Assembly: GCA_013265495.1 (NCBI GenBank) | Contig: MU058221.1 | Coordinates: 1,860,001 to 1,924,000, forward strand | Reading direction: 5' to 3' | DNA from: Vicugna vicugna | Taxonomy: Eukaryota | DNA length: 64,000 bases | Part shown: in pieces, positions 53,130 to 64,000 of the stretch | Numbering within the stretch: the first letter of the stretch is position 1 | Layout: every line of letters starts with the position of its first letter | Program-made: the position numbers and the translations under genes | Notes under the pieces: model-generated | The model's database searches: none | Told to the model about the DNA's origin: nothing | What the model saw: the letters and a program-made list of their open reading frames with translations, nothing else

Positions 53130-53574
53130 TTCTATCTATATAATATTGCAATTGGAAAGTTTCAAAATGTGAAAGGAAGAAATTTTATGCACGTGATTCC
53201 TAAAACACCCTTTGTATTTATTTGCAAACATAAAACATGCACACATACCATTACATGATACACACACAATTGCCTAGCGATATGAATAATAAATATGTTT
53301 GGCAAAAGGGAGTGGATAGAGTAGGTAGAAAACAAGGATTCTAAAACAAGTTATTTAGTGTTGTTGGTTTTTTTAATGAAAGGAGTAGATAAAAACAACA
53401 AAAGTGAGAGTTTCGCTGGCTGATATATTTTAGGCAAGAGAAGAAATCTGTGGCAAGGTTTGTGAGAACAGGCTGAATCATCTAAGAAATTCTGGGGTGC
53501 TAATCACATGCAACAAGTACCACGACAAAGTCTGACGTACTTAGGAGGTTATTAAGAAGGTAAAATTTCTATAT

Positions 53575-54352
53575 TATTTTTATTCATAATTGCCAGCATT
53601 TGGAAGCATCCAGGATTTCCTTGAGTAGGTGAATGGATTAACAAACTGTGGTATATCCAGACAATGGAATATTATTATTCAGCACTAAAAAGAAATGAGC
53701 TATGAAGCCACGAAGACATGGAGGGAACTTAGATGAATATTGCTAAGTGGGGGAAGGCAATCTGAAAAGACGACATGCTGTATGCTTCCCACTATCTGCC
53801 GCTCAGGAAAAGAGAAAATGATGGATACAGCAAAAAGACCAGAGGTCACCAGGCCCTGGGGGGAGGGAAGGATGAAAAGACAGACTGTAGAGGATTTTTC
53901 GGAAAGTGAAATGATTCTGGGAAACATTGGTGGATACATGTCATTTATACATTTGTCAAAACCCACAGCAAGTCCAAGAGTGAACCACTGTGTAAACTGT
54001 AGACTTTGAGTGATAATGATATGTCAATGTAGGTTCATTGTTTGGTGTTTTAGTTTTTTTGTGGGGGTGGAGGTAATTAGTTTTACTAATTTTTACAGGA
54101 GGGACTGGGGATTGAACCCAGGACCTTGTGCATGCCAAGCACGTCCTCTACCACTTAAGCTGCACTACCACTTGAGCTATAGCCTCCCCACAGATTCACT
54201 GGTCTTCACAAGTGTAACACTGTGGCGCAGGATGTCAGCAGCGGGGGGAGGTTTTGCCTGGGTGGCTGCAGGAGGTAAATGGACACTCTCGGTACCTTCT
54301 GCTCAATTTTGCTGTGAATTTAAACCACTGTAAAATATAAAGTCTATTAAAA
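53575..54352 (+). mobile_element. L1M 3' end containing a SINE insertion
   Basis: aactgtggtatatccagacaatggaatattattattcagc...ttgctgtgaatttaaaccactgtaaaatataaagtctatt. Confidence 0.85.
54041..54189 (-). mobile_element. tRNA-derived SINE (camelid-type)
   Basis: ggaggtaattag...ggggattgaacccaggacc...gagctatagcctcccc; small internal duplication ctaccactt(a/g)agct; degraded TSD aggttcattg/agattcactg. Confidence 0.85.
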
Positions 54353-56809
54353 AGTGAATTGCTCAGGAGGATTTGATAGAGAAATTTCAGGAACTGACAG
54401 ACTGAATGAGGGGCCCAGTGTGTAGAGACCTGGTATTTAAATGTGTGAGCGCTAGGGAAAATTTTACTTAGGATTGCACGCATTTGTTTGGAGTCTGTTC
54501 TAAAAATCTACATATGTCATATTATTGCAGGTTAAATAGTGTTTTCATTACATATGGTATTTTCCCCCACTGGTACAATAATGTACTTTTAACAATACTC
54601 TTTTTATTTGTTACTTACCTTGGTGTAAATCCTTAATATGAATGGGGGAAGGGAAAATCTGCTTGTTTTTATTAGGGCTGTGTATGTTTGTGTCATTGAA
54701 ATGAAGGACAACACTTAAATCAAGAAAATTGAAAACAGTCAGACTCACAAGCAGTCTCAAAACAAAAGAAATTAAGTTAAAAAATTATCCTCTTGGTTTG
54801 GAATGGGGACAAATAAAATTACAGCTTTTCAGTATCAAATGATAGCCATTATTTACACAAGAATGTTTAGACTCTTATCAGACAGAAATAACTATGACTA
54901 AAGTAATATCCAAATCGGATGTTTCCATAGTGTAGGTAGGGTTGGAGATTCCCCCTTCACTCAAAATATAAAAGCAAATTTTGAGAGGAAGAGAACAAAA
55001 TTTTCAGCTGCCCATTTGCCTGCTGGTGACTTACTTGCATCGCCTGAGTAATTTCTTATCATTATCTGACTGACAGACAATGGTTTGGTGCATTTTGAAG
55101 GAACAGTGAGGGAGATCAGGGTCCTGAGAAATAAGGGATAGCTTTTATGCGTTTTATTATTATTATTATTAACTCTAATTTGAGGTAACTGCATGGACAA
55201 ACCCTTATAAATATTTTACATGACTTTTAAAGTTCTCTCAGCAATATCTAATCGTTTTGAAAGTCACTATGAAACAAGAACGAGGTGCATCTCATTTTGA
55301 CAAGATAGCACCCTGTCTACATTGGTTTTCTTCTTTCTCTGTCTGTCTACTGCCAATTAAAATATAGAATTAGAAATTCAGGCCCAATTCAAAACAATGC
55401 ACACAGCTATAAATGCATGATCTCGACATTTAAAGAGAGGTCTGATAACCCTTTGGCCTGTATATTTTTTTAGTGTGTCCCCCACCAGCCTGACTAGATA
55501 ATGAAAAAATCAGTAACAACAACAAAAACCTCCCTGAGAGAGTATTCTACTTCATGTACATAGAACCACTCTTACCCTTTCCATATGATTGGACCGTTTA
55601 AAGTCAGAGGTGGCCTCCATCTGCAGGAAGATACTGTGTTGCGGTAGCATGAAGTATCCCCATTTTTATTCAAGCACATCCTTGGCTAAACTAACCCTAA
55701 TCTTACCCATTCTTTATTCAAAGACTAGCTGGGCCTGCTTGCTTCCTACTTGCTCCAGTCCACGGTATGCTTTTTCCGTTTTCCACTCTGTTCCTATCTT
55801 TTGTCACAAATCACTTGGCACTCGGCGATTACTTCCTGAAGCACTTCCTGTACCTTCTTTAGCATCCTTCTCAGGATTCCATACGCTGAGCCAAAGGATA
55901 AAGCTCGCTGGGAGGAGCACGCGACAACGCTGTCCATGGTCCTGAAATATCTTTCTAGACTAGTGGGTTTTTTAAGCCTGCGTCTGGTGACTCTTGTCCA
56001 CTGTCTCTCTGGAATTTTTGAATTGGCAAAGTGCTGGTGACAAGGACAAAGAAAGGCAAAAAGGTATTGGGAGAGAAAGAGTAATGGACAGAGATACTGG
56101 TCTATAGTCACTGGCTAGTGTGAATAAGATACATGAGTTTGGCACAATCTTAAAACAATTGCAGATAACAGTTTGGGAATGAGACGGGGATGTAACATAG
56201 CTGACGTTGCCAATGAAGAATAAGCGTAAAAAAATGCGTGCACCATGTGTCACAAAGCCGTGCAACTGTCAGCGTGACAAACACACTGATGCTGGTGGGG
56301 GGGGGGGCCAGTTTGCATGTTGTGAATGTAGTATCATTTGTCATACCAAATTGCCAGAGGTTGGTTTGTTTTTATTTTTCTCTCTTGAAATTAAAAAAAA
56401 ATTCACTTGGCACTCTGGCAGAACAAAGGTAACTGTCTCTTACGTCTCACATCTGATACAGCTGTGCACCTTTTTCGGATCTAGCACTTTTGTAACCCTT
56501 ACATTCCACCACCATCAAACCCCATTTGACGGTAGTAAACAGAGGATTCGCTCCCTGAAATCCCGGTGTAAGTTCCGTAACTGACATATAACCCCCGCGA
56601 GGACAAACGCCGTATACTAAACATTTTGGATATCTCAAAATGCCCAAGTAGAGTACCTGGTACAAATTAGGGGCTCAGCTATATTCCTTGATATAAACCA
56701 CAATGCCCCCTACAGAGACAGCACTCAGTAAAGGCTTGCGAAACGAGCAAATGTTTCATTTGTTTTAACACCTCCATCCCCTTCCAGGTCCTTTTAAAGT
56801 CCACCCCAC

Positions 56810-57146
56810 CCTGCTCTCGGCGCTCCAGGTCCCAACAAACCTCCCTCCTGCGTCAGTCACCACCTCGGCTGCGCCAGGGCCCTGCCCTCCTCCTGCCACG
56901 CGCCCTCCTGGGCTCACCCTTCCTTCCTGCTCTGCAGCCCACGTCCCCTTCCCGCCCAGGACCGCTCCCGCTCTGGGTGTCCGGTCCTCGGGCGGCTCAC
57001 CGCGGGCCCGCCCGCAGGGCAACGCGGTTGTCATGGACACGGCACCTGCGCCCTCCGGCCGGGCCCCGCCGCCGCCGGCCCCTCCCCCCACCTGCGGCCC
57101 TGCCGGCCTCGCCTCCCCAGCCCCGCCCCGCCCCGCCGGCTCGGCG
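56810..57146. promoter_or_regulatory. CpG-island promoter, truncated by an assembly gap
   Basis: Abrupt GC/CpG-rich segment, tandem GC boxes ccccgccccgccccgcc (57121-57137) and X-box-like GTTGTCATGGACAC (57027-57040). Confidence 0.8.
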
Positions 57147-57495
57147 NNNNNNNNNNNNNNNNNNNNNNNNNNNNNNNNNNNNNNNNNNNNNNNNNNNNNN
57201 NNNNNNNNNNNNNNNNNNNNNNNNNNNNNNNNNNNNNNNNNNNNNNNNNNNNNNNNNNNNNNNNNNNNNNNNNNNNNNNNNNNNNNNNNNNNNNNNNNNN
57301 NNNNNNNNNNNNNNNNNNNNNNNNNNNNNNNNNNNNNNNNNNNNNNNNNNNNNNNNNNNNNNNNNNNNNNNNNNNNNNNNNNNNNNNNNNNNNNNNNNNN
57401 NNNNNNNNNNNNNNNNNNNNNNNNNNNNNNNNNNNNNNNNNNNNNNNNNNNNNNNNNNNNNNNNNNNNNNNNNNNNNNNNNNNNNNNNNNNNNNN
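57147..57495. other. Assembly gap (349 N)
   Basis: Run of N inside the CpG island. Confidence 1.
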
Positions 57496-59473
57496 CCCTC
57501 CCGCCCTCATCCTTCCCCACATCCCTCTCTCCTCTCCCCTCCTTTCTCCCTTGCAGCCTTTCTTTCATCCCTTTCTTCCTCTCTCCCAGCCCCACTTCCT
57601 TCCCACCCTTTCTTTCTTCCCTGTCTTCCTTGCATCCCCTTGCCTCAGAGCGCAGCAGCTCTGGCTCCCTTTCCTCTGGTCTCCATCTCTCTTTTCCCCC
57701 TTTCTTCACCCTTTCCCCTGTGGGAGATCCCTTGCCTGGTACAATTGTCCGGATTCAGGGGCTTCCCCCTCCAAATTGGGCACAAATACTGAGAGACACA
57801 CTCTTGTACAGTGGATGCCCTGTGGATCTCCGTGTTATTTGGATTAAGGGTCAAGTTGGACAGAGTACTGGGAACTGGAAGGAGACGAGGGTCGAGGAAG
57901 AATCTATGGGTTGGTGCTGTTTTAGGGTGGGGGCGGGGAGGGTTGTCACTTAGACATGTTGCCAGACCGCCCCCGCCCCGCCCCATGCCCCTCTGTAGCA
58001 GTTTCCTTTTTTCCTTCCGGGAATTACATATTCCCAGTGTCTGTCTCGCGAATTTAAAATCCAGCTTTCCCTGCTTTGATTGTCTCTGTGAGAAGCCACC
58101 AGGAAAAAAGAGAGGAAGAGAACGAGAGGAAGAGGGGAGGGGACAGGGAGGGCGGTGGCAGTGGACGCTTGTGTCCTTTCCCCCTAGGCCTCTTTGGGTT
58201 GATATTTTCAAACCACCCGCCTCACATTTGGCTTGGGGTTGAACCTTTGTGTCCTTAGTCCTGTCACTGTCTACTTCGGAGGCAGAAACGCTCCAAACTT
58301 TAATGTGTGTGCACCACGGCATTATTTATGGAATGTTTTGGTCAGCATACAAAACACTAGGGTGGGCTGACGTGGGAAAACAGAGAGCAGAAGGGTGGAG
58401 GGGACGCACCTCTGTTCATCGTGAGTTAACTTCTAGAGGAGGACGGTAGACAGTCTGGAGTGATGAGGTGATACTCCGCAGGCTTGTAAATAGCCCATTT
58501 TGGTAGCATTCGCTGCTTGGTAGCTGTCAGCGGATACCCTTACCCCGTCTCTTCCACCTGACAGAAATCGGGAAGGTGTCTGAAGAGAGGCACGCGGTGT
58601 GACTCTGTGGTTTGCACCAGTGGAGAAGTTGAATGAGCCCTGCGGCCATTATTAACAATTTCAAGTTCCTGTTGGTTTTGCCCCCCTTGTTTTCACCGAA
58701 GGATGTAGTTTGCTCTCTTTCGCTTGCCCTCTAGCCCCTTCTATTATATGTAAATGATAGTTTGGCCGTGTTCCTTTTTTGCAAGCCTTGCTGCTGAAAA
58801 CTTTACCCGTCCATGGCGGGACAGCCATGCCTCAGAGTGTTTAGTGTGTTCATTTCTGAAAGATCTGAGAAACGATATTACTCAGACATGGAGTATTTAG
58901 AAGCCTGTATTTTGTTCTATCTATAGTCTCCTTTAAAAAAAAACAAACAAAAAATTTAAAAAAACCTTCATATTTGTAGAATAGCTGTGTTTTATGTTTG
59001 ATGAGTGTATGGGGAGGGACAGAAATTAATGGCAGATTCAGTGAAGCTGCCAGTAAAAAAAACTATGCTGTGGGGCAAATTATTGATTTTTCTTTCTCTT
59101 CATTTAAATTATTATATGCCAGCAGAGCAATATGCATGTTTGTATTTTATGGGAATGTAAAGCAGGAGTTGAGATGAAGAGAATTATCTTCCAAAGTAAT
59201 TGAGTGCTGATTTGATGAAGAGCTGACGTAGTTAATCATCTGAATCAGTTGTGGGGAAGTGTGTGGTGTTAAGCATGATGGATCCACCCCCTGCCCCAGC
59301 TCCCCTTGGTAGGGATGCAATTCCATTAATGGCTTGGCTGACGCTTAAGCCATGTGGCAGAGGCTTGGTTGAATTATCAGGGTTACCAACATCCGGATGC
59401 AGAATTGCAGTCAACTGTGCCGTGTGTGGGTGGTTACATGGCTTAACAGTTGTCGGGGGGGGAGTGCTTTTTC

Positions 59474-59503
59474 GTGGTGGTGGTGGTGGTGGTGGTGGTG
59501 GTG
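59474..59503. repeat. (GGT)n trinucleotide repeat
   Basis: gtggtggtggtggtggtggtggtggtggtg. Confidence 0.9.
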
Positions 59504-60209
59504 TTCATTTACCTGGAACGCCATGAAGCCAGTGAAAGACGTTGGTAGTGATTGTATGTGAATATAATAGGATAGGTTTATACTCACTTCCTTTCACATG
59601 ACTTTTCCCCAACATCTCGACTGCTTTTTCCTGGTGGCGCTTCATGGTTGTGTGAGTGGGGAGGAGGCAGCCCCACAGTCAGCCCTGCTCCTCTTTGACT
59701 GCAGTTTTGCTACACAGAGCCATGTGGGTGTATGCCTCTGTTTTTAATACTGTGCTTACTATGAAAAGTAAAATACTTTTCACTTGCCTCCTTTGTAAAC
59801 ATTCATCCACTTAGTGAAAACAACATTTACGAGGTTATTAAAGAAGAGAAAGGAAAATAGCATTTGTTTACAGCAAGATTTTGAGAGAGACTTGAGTAAA
59901 ATATGAAACAGAAGAAGAACCAGTGTCTTGAAAACCCAGCCTGCTACTCTGATCGTTATCCAGTGTACAGATTAAGACCAACTTCCTCTGAAGAATTTAA
60001 TTTCTAGAGGCTTCTGCCTTTAGTTGACTGGACCTTAAAGAATGCGTGGCACAGATAAAGACCCAATAGAACGTCTTACAGACCCTGAAGGAAATATTTG
60101 GGGACATTCTCTGTGCCTTTCTCAGAGCTCTGAAAACTGCTCAACCCGAAGCTAAGTGTATGAAGCAGCCAAAAGAAGCACAAGACTCTCTCTCTGACCT
60201 TCGCTGACA

Positions 60210-60470
60210 GCCTAGTGGAGGAGAACAGGCATTTGTGTGAGGTCGTATTCCACAGTGGCAAAGAACAAGACCTTCGAAGAGAGGTTTAGATTCGGGCACC
60301 TGCCCTCCTTAAGGCGTAGAATGTTCTGCCCTTGTGTAGTATGTGAGTCTTTGAACTCATCTACAGAGTGGGAATTAGGGTAGACCCCGATGCGTGGGAT
60401 TGCTTCAAGGGTTAAATGCGTTCAGCACGGTACTTGGAGTAAGCAAAGTGTGTATGAAGCATTCTTATAA
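60210..60470 (+). mobile_element. MIR SINE (decayed)
   Basis: ctcatctacagagtgggaatta...gggattgcttcaagggttaaatg. Confidence 0.45.
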
Positions 60471-62240
60471 TTAGGAGAAATGGCTTAGAAACAGCCCAAG
60501 ACTGTATATGGTTATTTAATGGAAAGACATGAAAAGCGAGTTAGGTGGTTAGGGGGATGCTGAAGAGGACAGATGTGTGCGTAGCCCGAGGAAGACTGTC
60601 CTCAGGAGCAGCACCAGGGCTCAGACACGGCCTTCTGGGAGGGACTGCACACGGTGTGGGTCCCACGGCTGGAACTGTCGCCGAAAGGGAAGAAGCACCC
60701 CGTGTCTGGGAAGACGAATAACTGGAGTCCTGGGGGGGGGTGTTAAAGGCATGAAATATGTACAGTTGGAATAATTACACTGTCACTTGGGACGAGACCA
60801 CTTGTGTTGATCCACTTCATCATGGAGTGTGCAGCCACCTCAGGGACCTTGTTCGAGCTCTTTGTCTCACCCAAAGCCCCACATCAAGGCACGGAATTCA
60901 GAGTCTGTGTCACCGTGAGGACCTAGAGCATTCTTTCTGCCTTTTCTTTAAACTTCAAGACAAAGAGAAACTTGACCTTTCTGAACAATAAAAGGTTTAA
61001 TATTATGATTGTCACGACCTTGTCTTGTTTTGCTTGAACCCACGAGTATTCCAGGACCGTATCTTGGAGAATAGTAACCAGAATGATTTTGTTTTATTAT
61101 ATAGAAAGCCAGTCATCGTTAGGACAATTGTATTTCCAGGAACTTTATTTTTGCTTCATTGTTGACTTTGCCTTATTCCCACAGTCTCTCTCTCTCTCTC
61201 TCTTTTTTTTTTTTTGGTTGGTGTTCAAGATTATTAATGATTCCAAACGTGTTATGCTCTTCCAGGTGTTACCAGGAGGCTAGAGCATGGTGACAACAGA
61301 GAATCTGTCTAGGATTGTGCGCTGAGCAAGTTAAATGTCTGCTCAGCGTGGGGTGATAGTTGCTCACTGGCTACGTCTGTTGATGTGCCTTTATTTATGG
61401 TTGGTGTTTGTTATCTATTTTGAAATGTATATCCATCAAATATTTATCCAGCAGCATAAATTATATTTGAATTGGGTTATTTTTATCAAAAAAGGATTTC
61501 CAGAAAAACCGACCTGCAAGTTACAAGAGTGAGTGTCTGTGGTGCTCACGTTTAATCCATTTTTTATGGATAGGCACAATTTCATTCCTTTCTCCAAAAC
61601 AGTAAAAATCCTCTTATAATTATATTGTAGTTCTAATGCTACACAAAGTTGGTCTCTTGAATATTATCTTAAGATGTGTAATTGTGAACAATGAGTGTTT
61701 TTCCAGAAGCTAGAAGTTTAACAGACAATAGACTGTAGCATTTTTATTTTCTGTTTTGAGAGTTTTCTCAATTTCTGATGTTTTTAAAGATTTAGCATAT
61801 CTAAATAAAACATTTTCAAATGTCTCACTTCTAGTCAGTTTCATACTAAAGCTTCAGTGATTTTTGACAGACTACTTTTAGACATTTTAATTTTCCTCAT
61901 AAGTGTATTTTTACCTTGGAGATGAATTCTAACTCACCACAGAGCTGCATTCTGCAATCTGTTTGAGATTATTACTTGTAACGCTTTATAAAAAACACAG
62001 TGATAGTCTGAACTTATAAAGCTTCTTTATAGGGCTTTTATTCCTTCTTATTTAAAGGCTGTATCTGTGTATACAATTCTTAGACTAATATTTTTCGGAT
62101 GTGAAGACAGTGTGCATTAACGGGAGTGAAAAATAAGCAATTGTATTTTCTACAAGTTAAGGTATAACCTAAGGGAGAGGTAGAGTAAGGATGAGGGAAA
62201 ATTAATTAATTTTGTTTCATCTATTGAGCTGAAACAATTT

Positions 62241-62385
62241 TTAAAATATTCTATGTTTGTATGTATGTTTGGGGGGAGGTAATTAGGTTTATTTATTTAT
62301 TTATTTTTAATGGAGGTACTGGGGATTGAACCCAGGACCTCGTGCATGCTAAGCCTGCACTCAACCCCTGAGATACACCCTCCCC
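62241..62385 (-). mobile_element. tRNA-derived SINE (camelid-type) with TSD
   Basis: ggggggaggtaattaggtttatttatttattt...ggggattgaacccaggacctcgtgcatgctaagc...ccctcccc; TSD tgagctgaaa at 62225-62234 and 62388-62397. Confidence 0.9.
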
Positions 62386-62622
62386 TCTGAGCTGAAAAAT
62401 TTATTAACTGCCCGTTCAATAAGGACACGTTTAACGTTTTCATATGTATAAACATTTTTATGTTGTTCATTACACATCTGCAGTAAATCCAAGGATCTTT
62501 TTGTTTTTAATGGTACCTTGATATTTTGCAACTGAAGCCATGAATTCTTGATTGGGGTATGTCAGTTTGCCCACAAACTACTCAGAAACCACAATGGCTC
62601 CGTAAGTGGCCAGAGGCTTTGA

Positions 62623-63178
62623 TGTTCCCGTAACCAAGCAAGTGGGCTGGCTGCCTGCTGTGCAACAGAGAGGCCAAATGCCAGGGCGACGGACTTGTTC
62701 AGAGAGAAGAGGCTTTATCGCAGGGTGGCCCACTAAGGAGACAGGAAGCAAAGATCAGATCCGTCTCCCCATCAACGTTTGAATTTTTCTTTTTTTTTTT
62801 GGAAATAGTGAGCAAGAGGGTGGGGAGAGGGTGTGGGAGGTGGGTGTAAATTTCAGTGTAAGGTTCAGGAGTTCTCTATGCAGCCCCTGTCCTTGATGCC
62901 TCTTCCTGGGTTGCACGTGTAAATTCCAGTGTTGGGGGAGCGGGGTTTCAGTACGTGACCTCTGGTGGTTTTTTGACCTGTGACATGCGAAGTTCACTCT
63001 CAGGCGTTCTAGTCCTTCAGTGCGCTCATGGGAGGGAGGGGCTGTCGGCAAGCTGTTACCATATCTATGGTTTCTCTGACACATTGCCAAAGGGTCTTGG
63101 TGTTCTCCGTGTGTCATTTTGTTTCTATCTTGTTTCTACCTTATGAGCTTTGAGCTGTAAGGTACAGGGTGCAGTTCA
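62623..63178 (-). mobile_element. ERV-type solo LTR
   Basis: Starts tgttcccgtaacc, poly(A)-signal-like ctttatc (~62713), ends gggtgcagttca; right boundary uncertain. Confidence 0.6.
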
Positions 63179-63827
63179 TTCTCATCTGATTTTTATTGTG
63201 GCTAGACAATAGTTCGGTGAGAATCCAGTCTTCCGACTTTATCTTAAATTCATAGGGCCGGAAGCAGTTGTTAAACATCATTAGTGCATTTTTCAGTAAG
63301 GAGGTAGAAATGTCCCTTAACCACCTCGGAAAGAGCTAATTGTCCTCAGCTGTTTCTAAGAAGGGCGTCCCACAATCCTTGTCCTCCATACCCTTCTTCA
63401 GGCATTGATGCCTGCCAGAGTCATTTCACAAAATATGTTCTTCCCCTCTCTAAAATGCAGAAATGGCATAAAGAAGTACATACAGAACTCATTGGGAAAA
63501 GTGCCTGCAACTAAATTTATCCCTCTATTCACTTACGCTTCTGTGTATTTTTAAAATCACATTACCTAACGTGAATTCATTCAACAGGCTTTTTTTTTTT
63601 TTAAATGCCTGCTCCATGCAGAGCATTGGGCTAGAAAGTGTAAGTTTATAACAGAACTGAATCAGAAATCAGGACACCTGGGTCCTTTCTCAAGGTTTTT
63701 GACCCCCTAATTATATGACTAAACAAGTCTCAAACCCTCCAAGGCTTATTTATTTCATCAGTATTTTAATTGCCTTGGACTAGATGATTCAGTGTCTTCT
63801 AGCTATAAAATCGTATAATTCTGCTTG

Positions 63828-64000
63828 TGTTACTGTGTCCAAACTCGTTCTGCCTGCTGCCCGACAGGCCAATAAATCCGGAGATGAGGTGTTGGGGCAA
63901 GGAATAGCGACTTTATTCGGAAAGCCGGCAGACCGAGAAGATGGCAGACTCATGTCCTGGAGAACCGTCTTACTCAAGTCAGAACTCAAGCTCTTTTTAT
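63828..64000 (-). mobile_element. ERV1-type LTR, runs off the window
   Basis: tgttactgtgtccaaactcgttctgcc...gactttattcggaaagccggcagaccgagaagatggc. Confidence 0.8.

Noticed and set aside
56765..58322. Long ORFs around the CpG island
   Set aside because: Inflated by the N gap and by low-complexity GC or CT composition
1..64000. Naming the flanking host genes, or a prokaryote-style system (CRISPR, operon)
   Set aside because: No host coding exon is recognisable, so gene names would be guesses. No repeat-spacer array or gene-dense segment is present.

Overview
Mammalian genomic DNA, most likely camelid (inferred from the tRNA-derived SINE and L1 3' tails). It is repeat-rich, and I could not identify any intact protein-coding exon. 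The clearest gene-derived feature is a decayed, 5'-truncated, intronless PABPN1 retrocopy (minus strand, ~5387-6990). It sits inside an ERV LTR, which itself interrupts a MER5-like DNA transposon. Other content includes several ERV1-type solo LTRs (one with TG..CA ends and a perfect 4-bp TSD), MaLR/MLT LTRs, an ERVL integrase relic, L1 3' ends with TSDs, L2, MIR, MER5/MER20/MER3 elements and SINEs. A CpG-island promoter at ~56.8-57.5 kb is cut by a 349-N gap that probably hides exon 1 of an unidentified gene. The most intriguing non-repeat signal is a diverged pair of ~160-bp segments (2821-2990, 4271-4436) that both end at minus-strand splice donors, possibly duplicated alternative first exons. 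I found no convincing novel biological system, and almost all listed ORFs look spurious or repeat-derived. Repeat family names come from recognition by eye, not from database searches.
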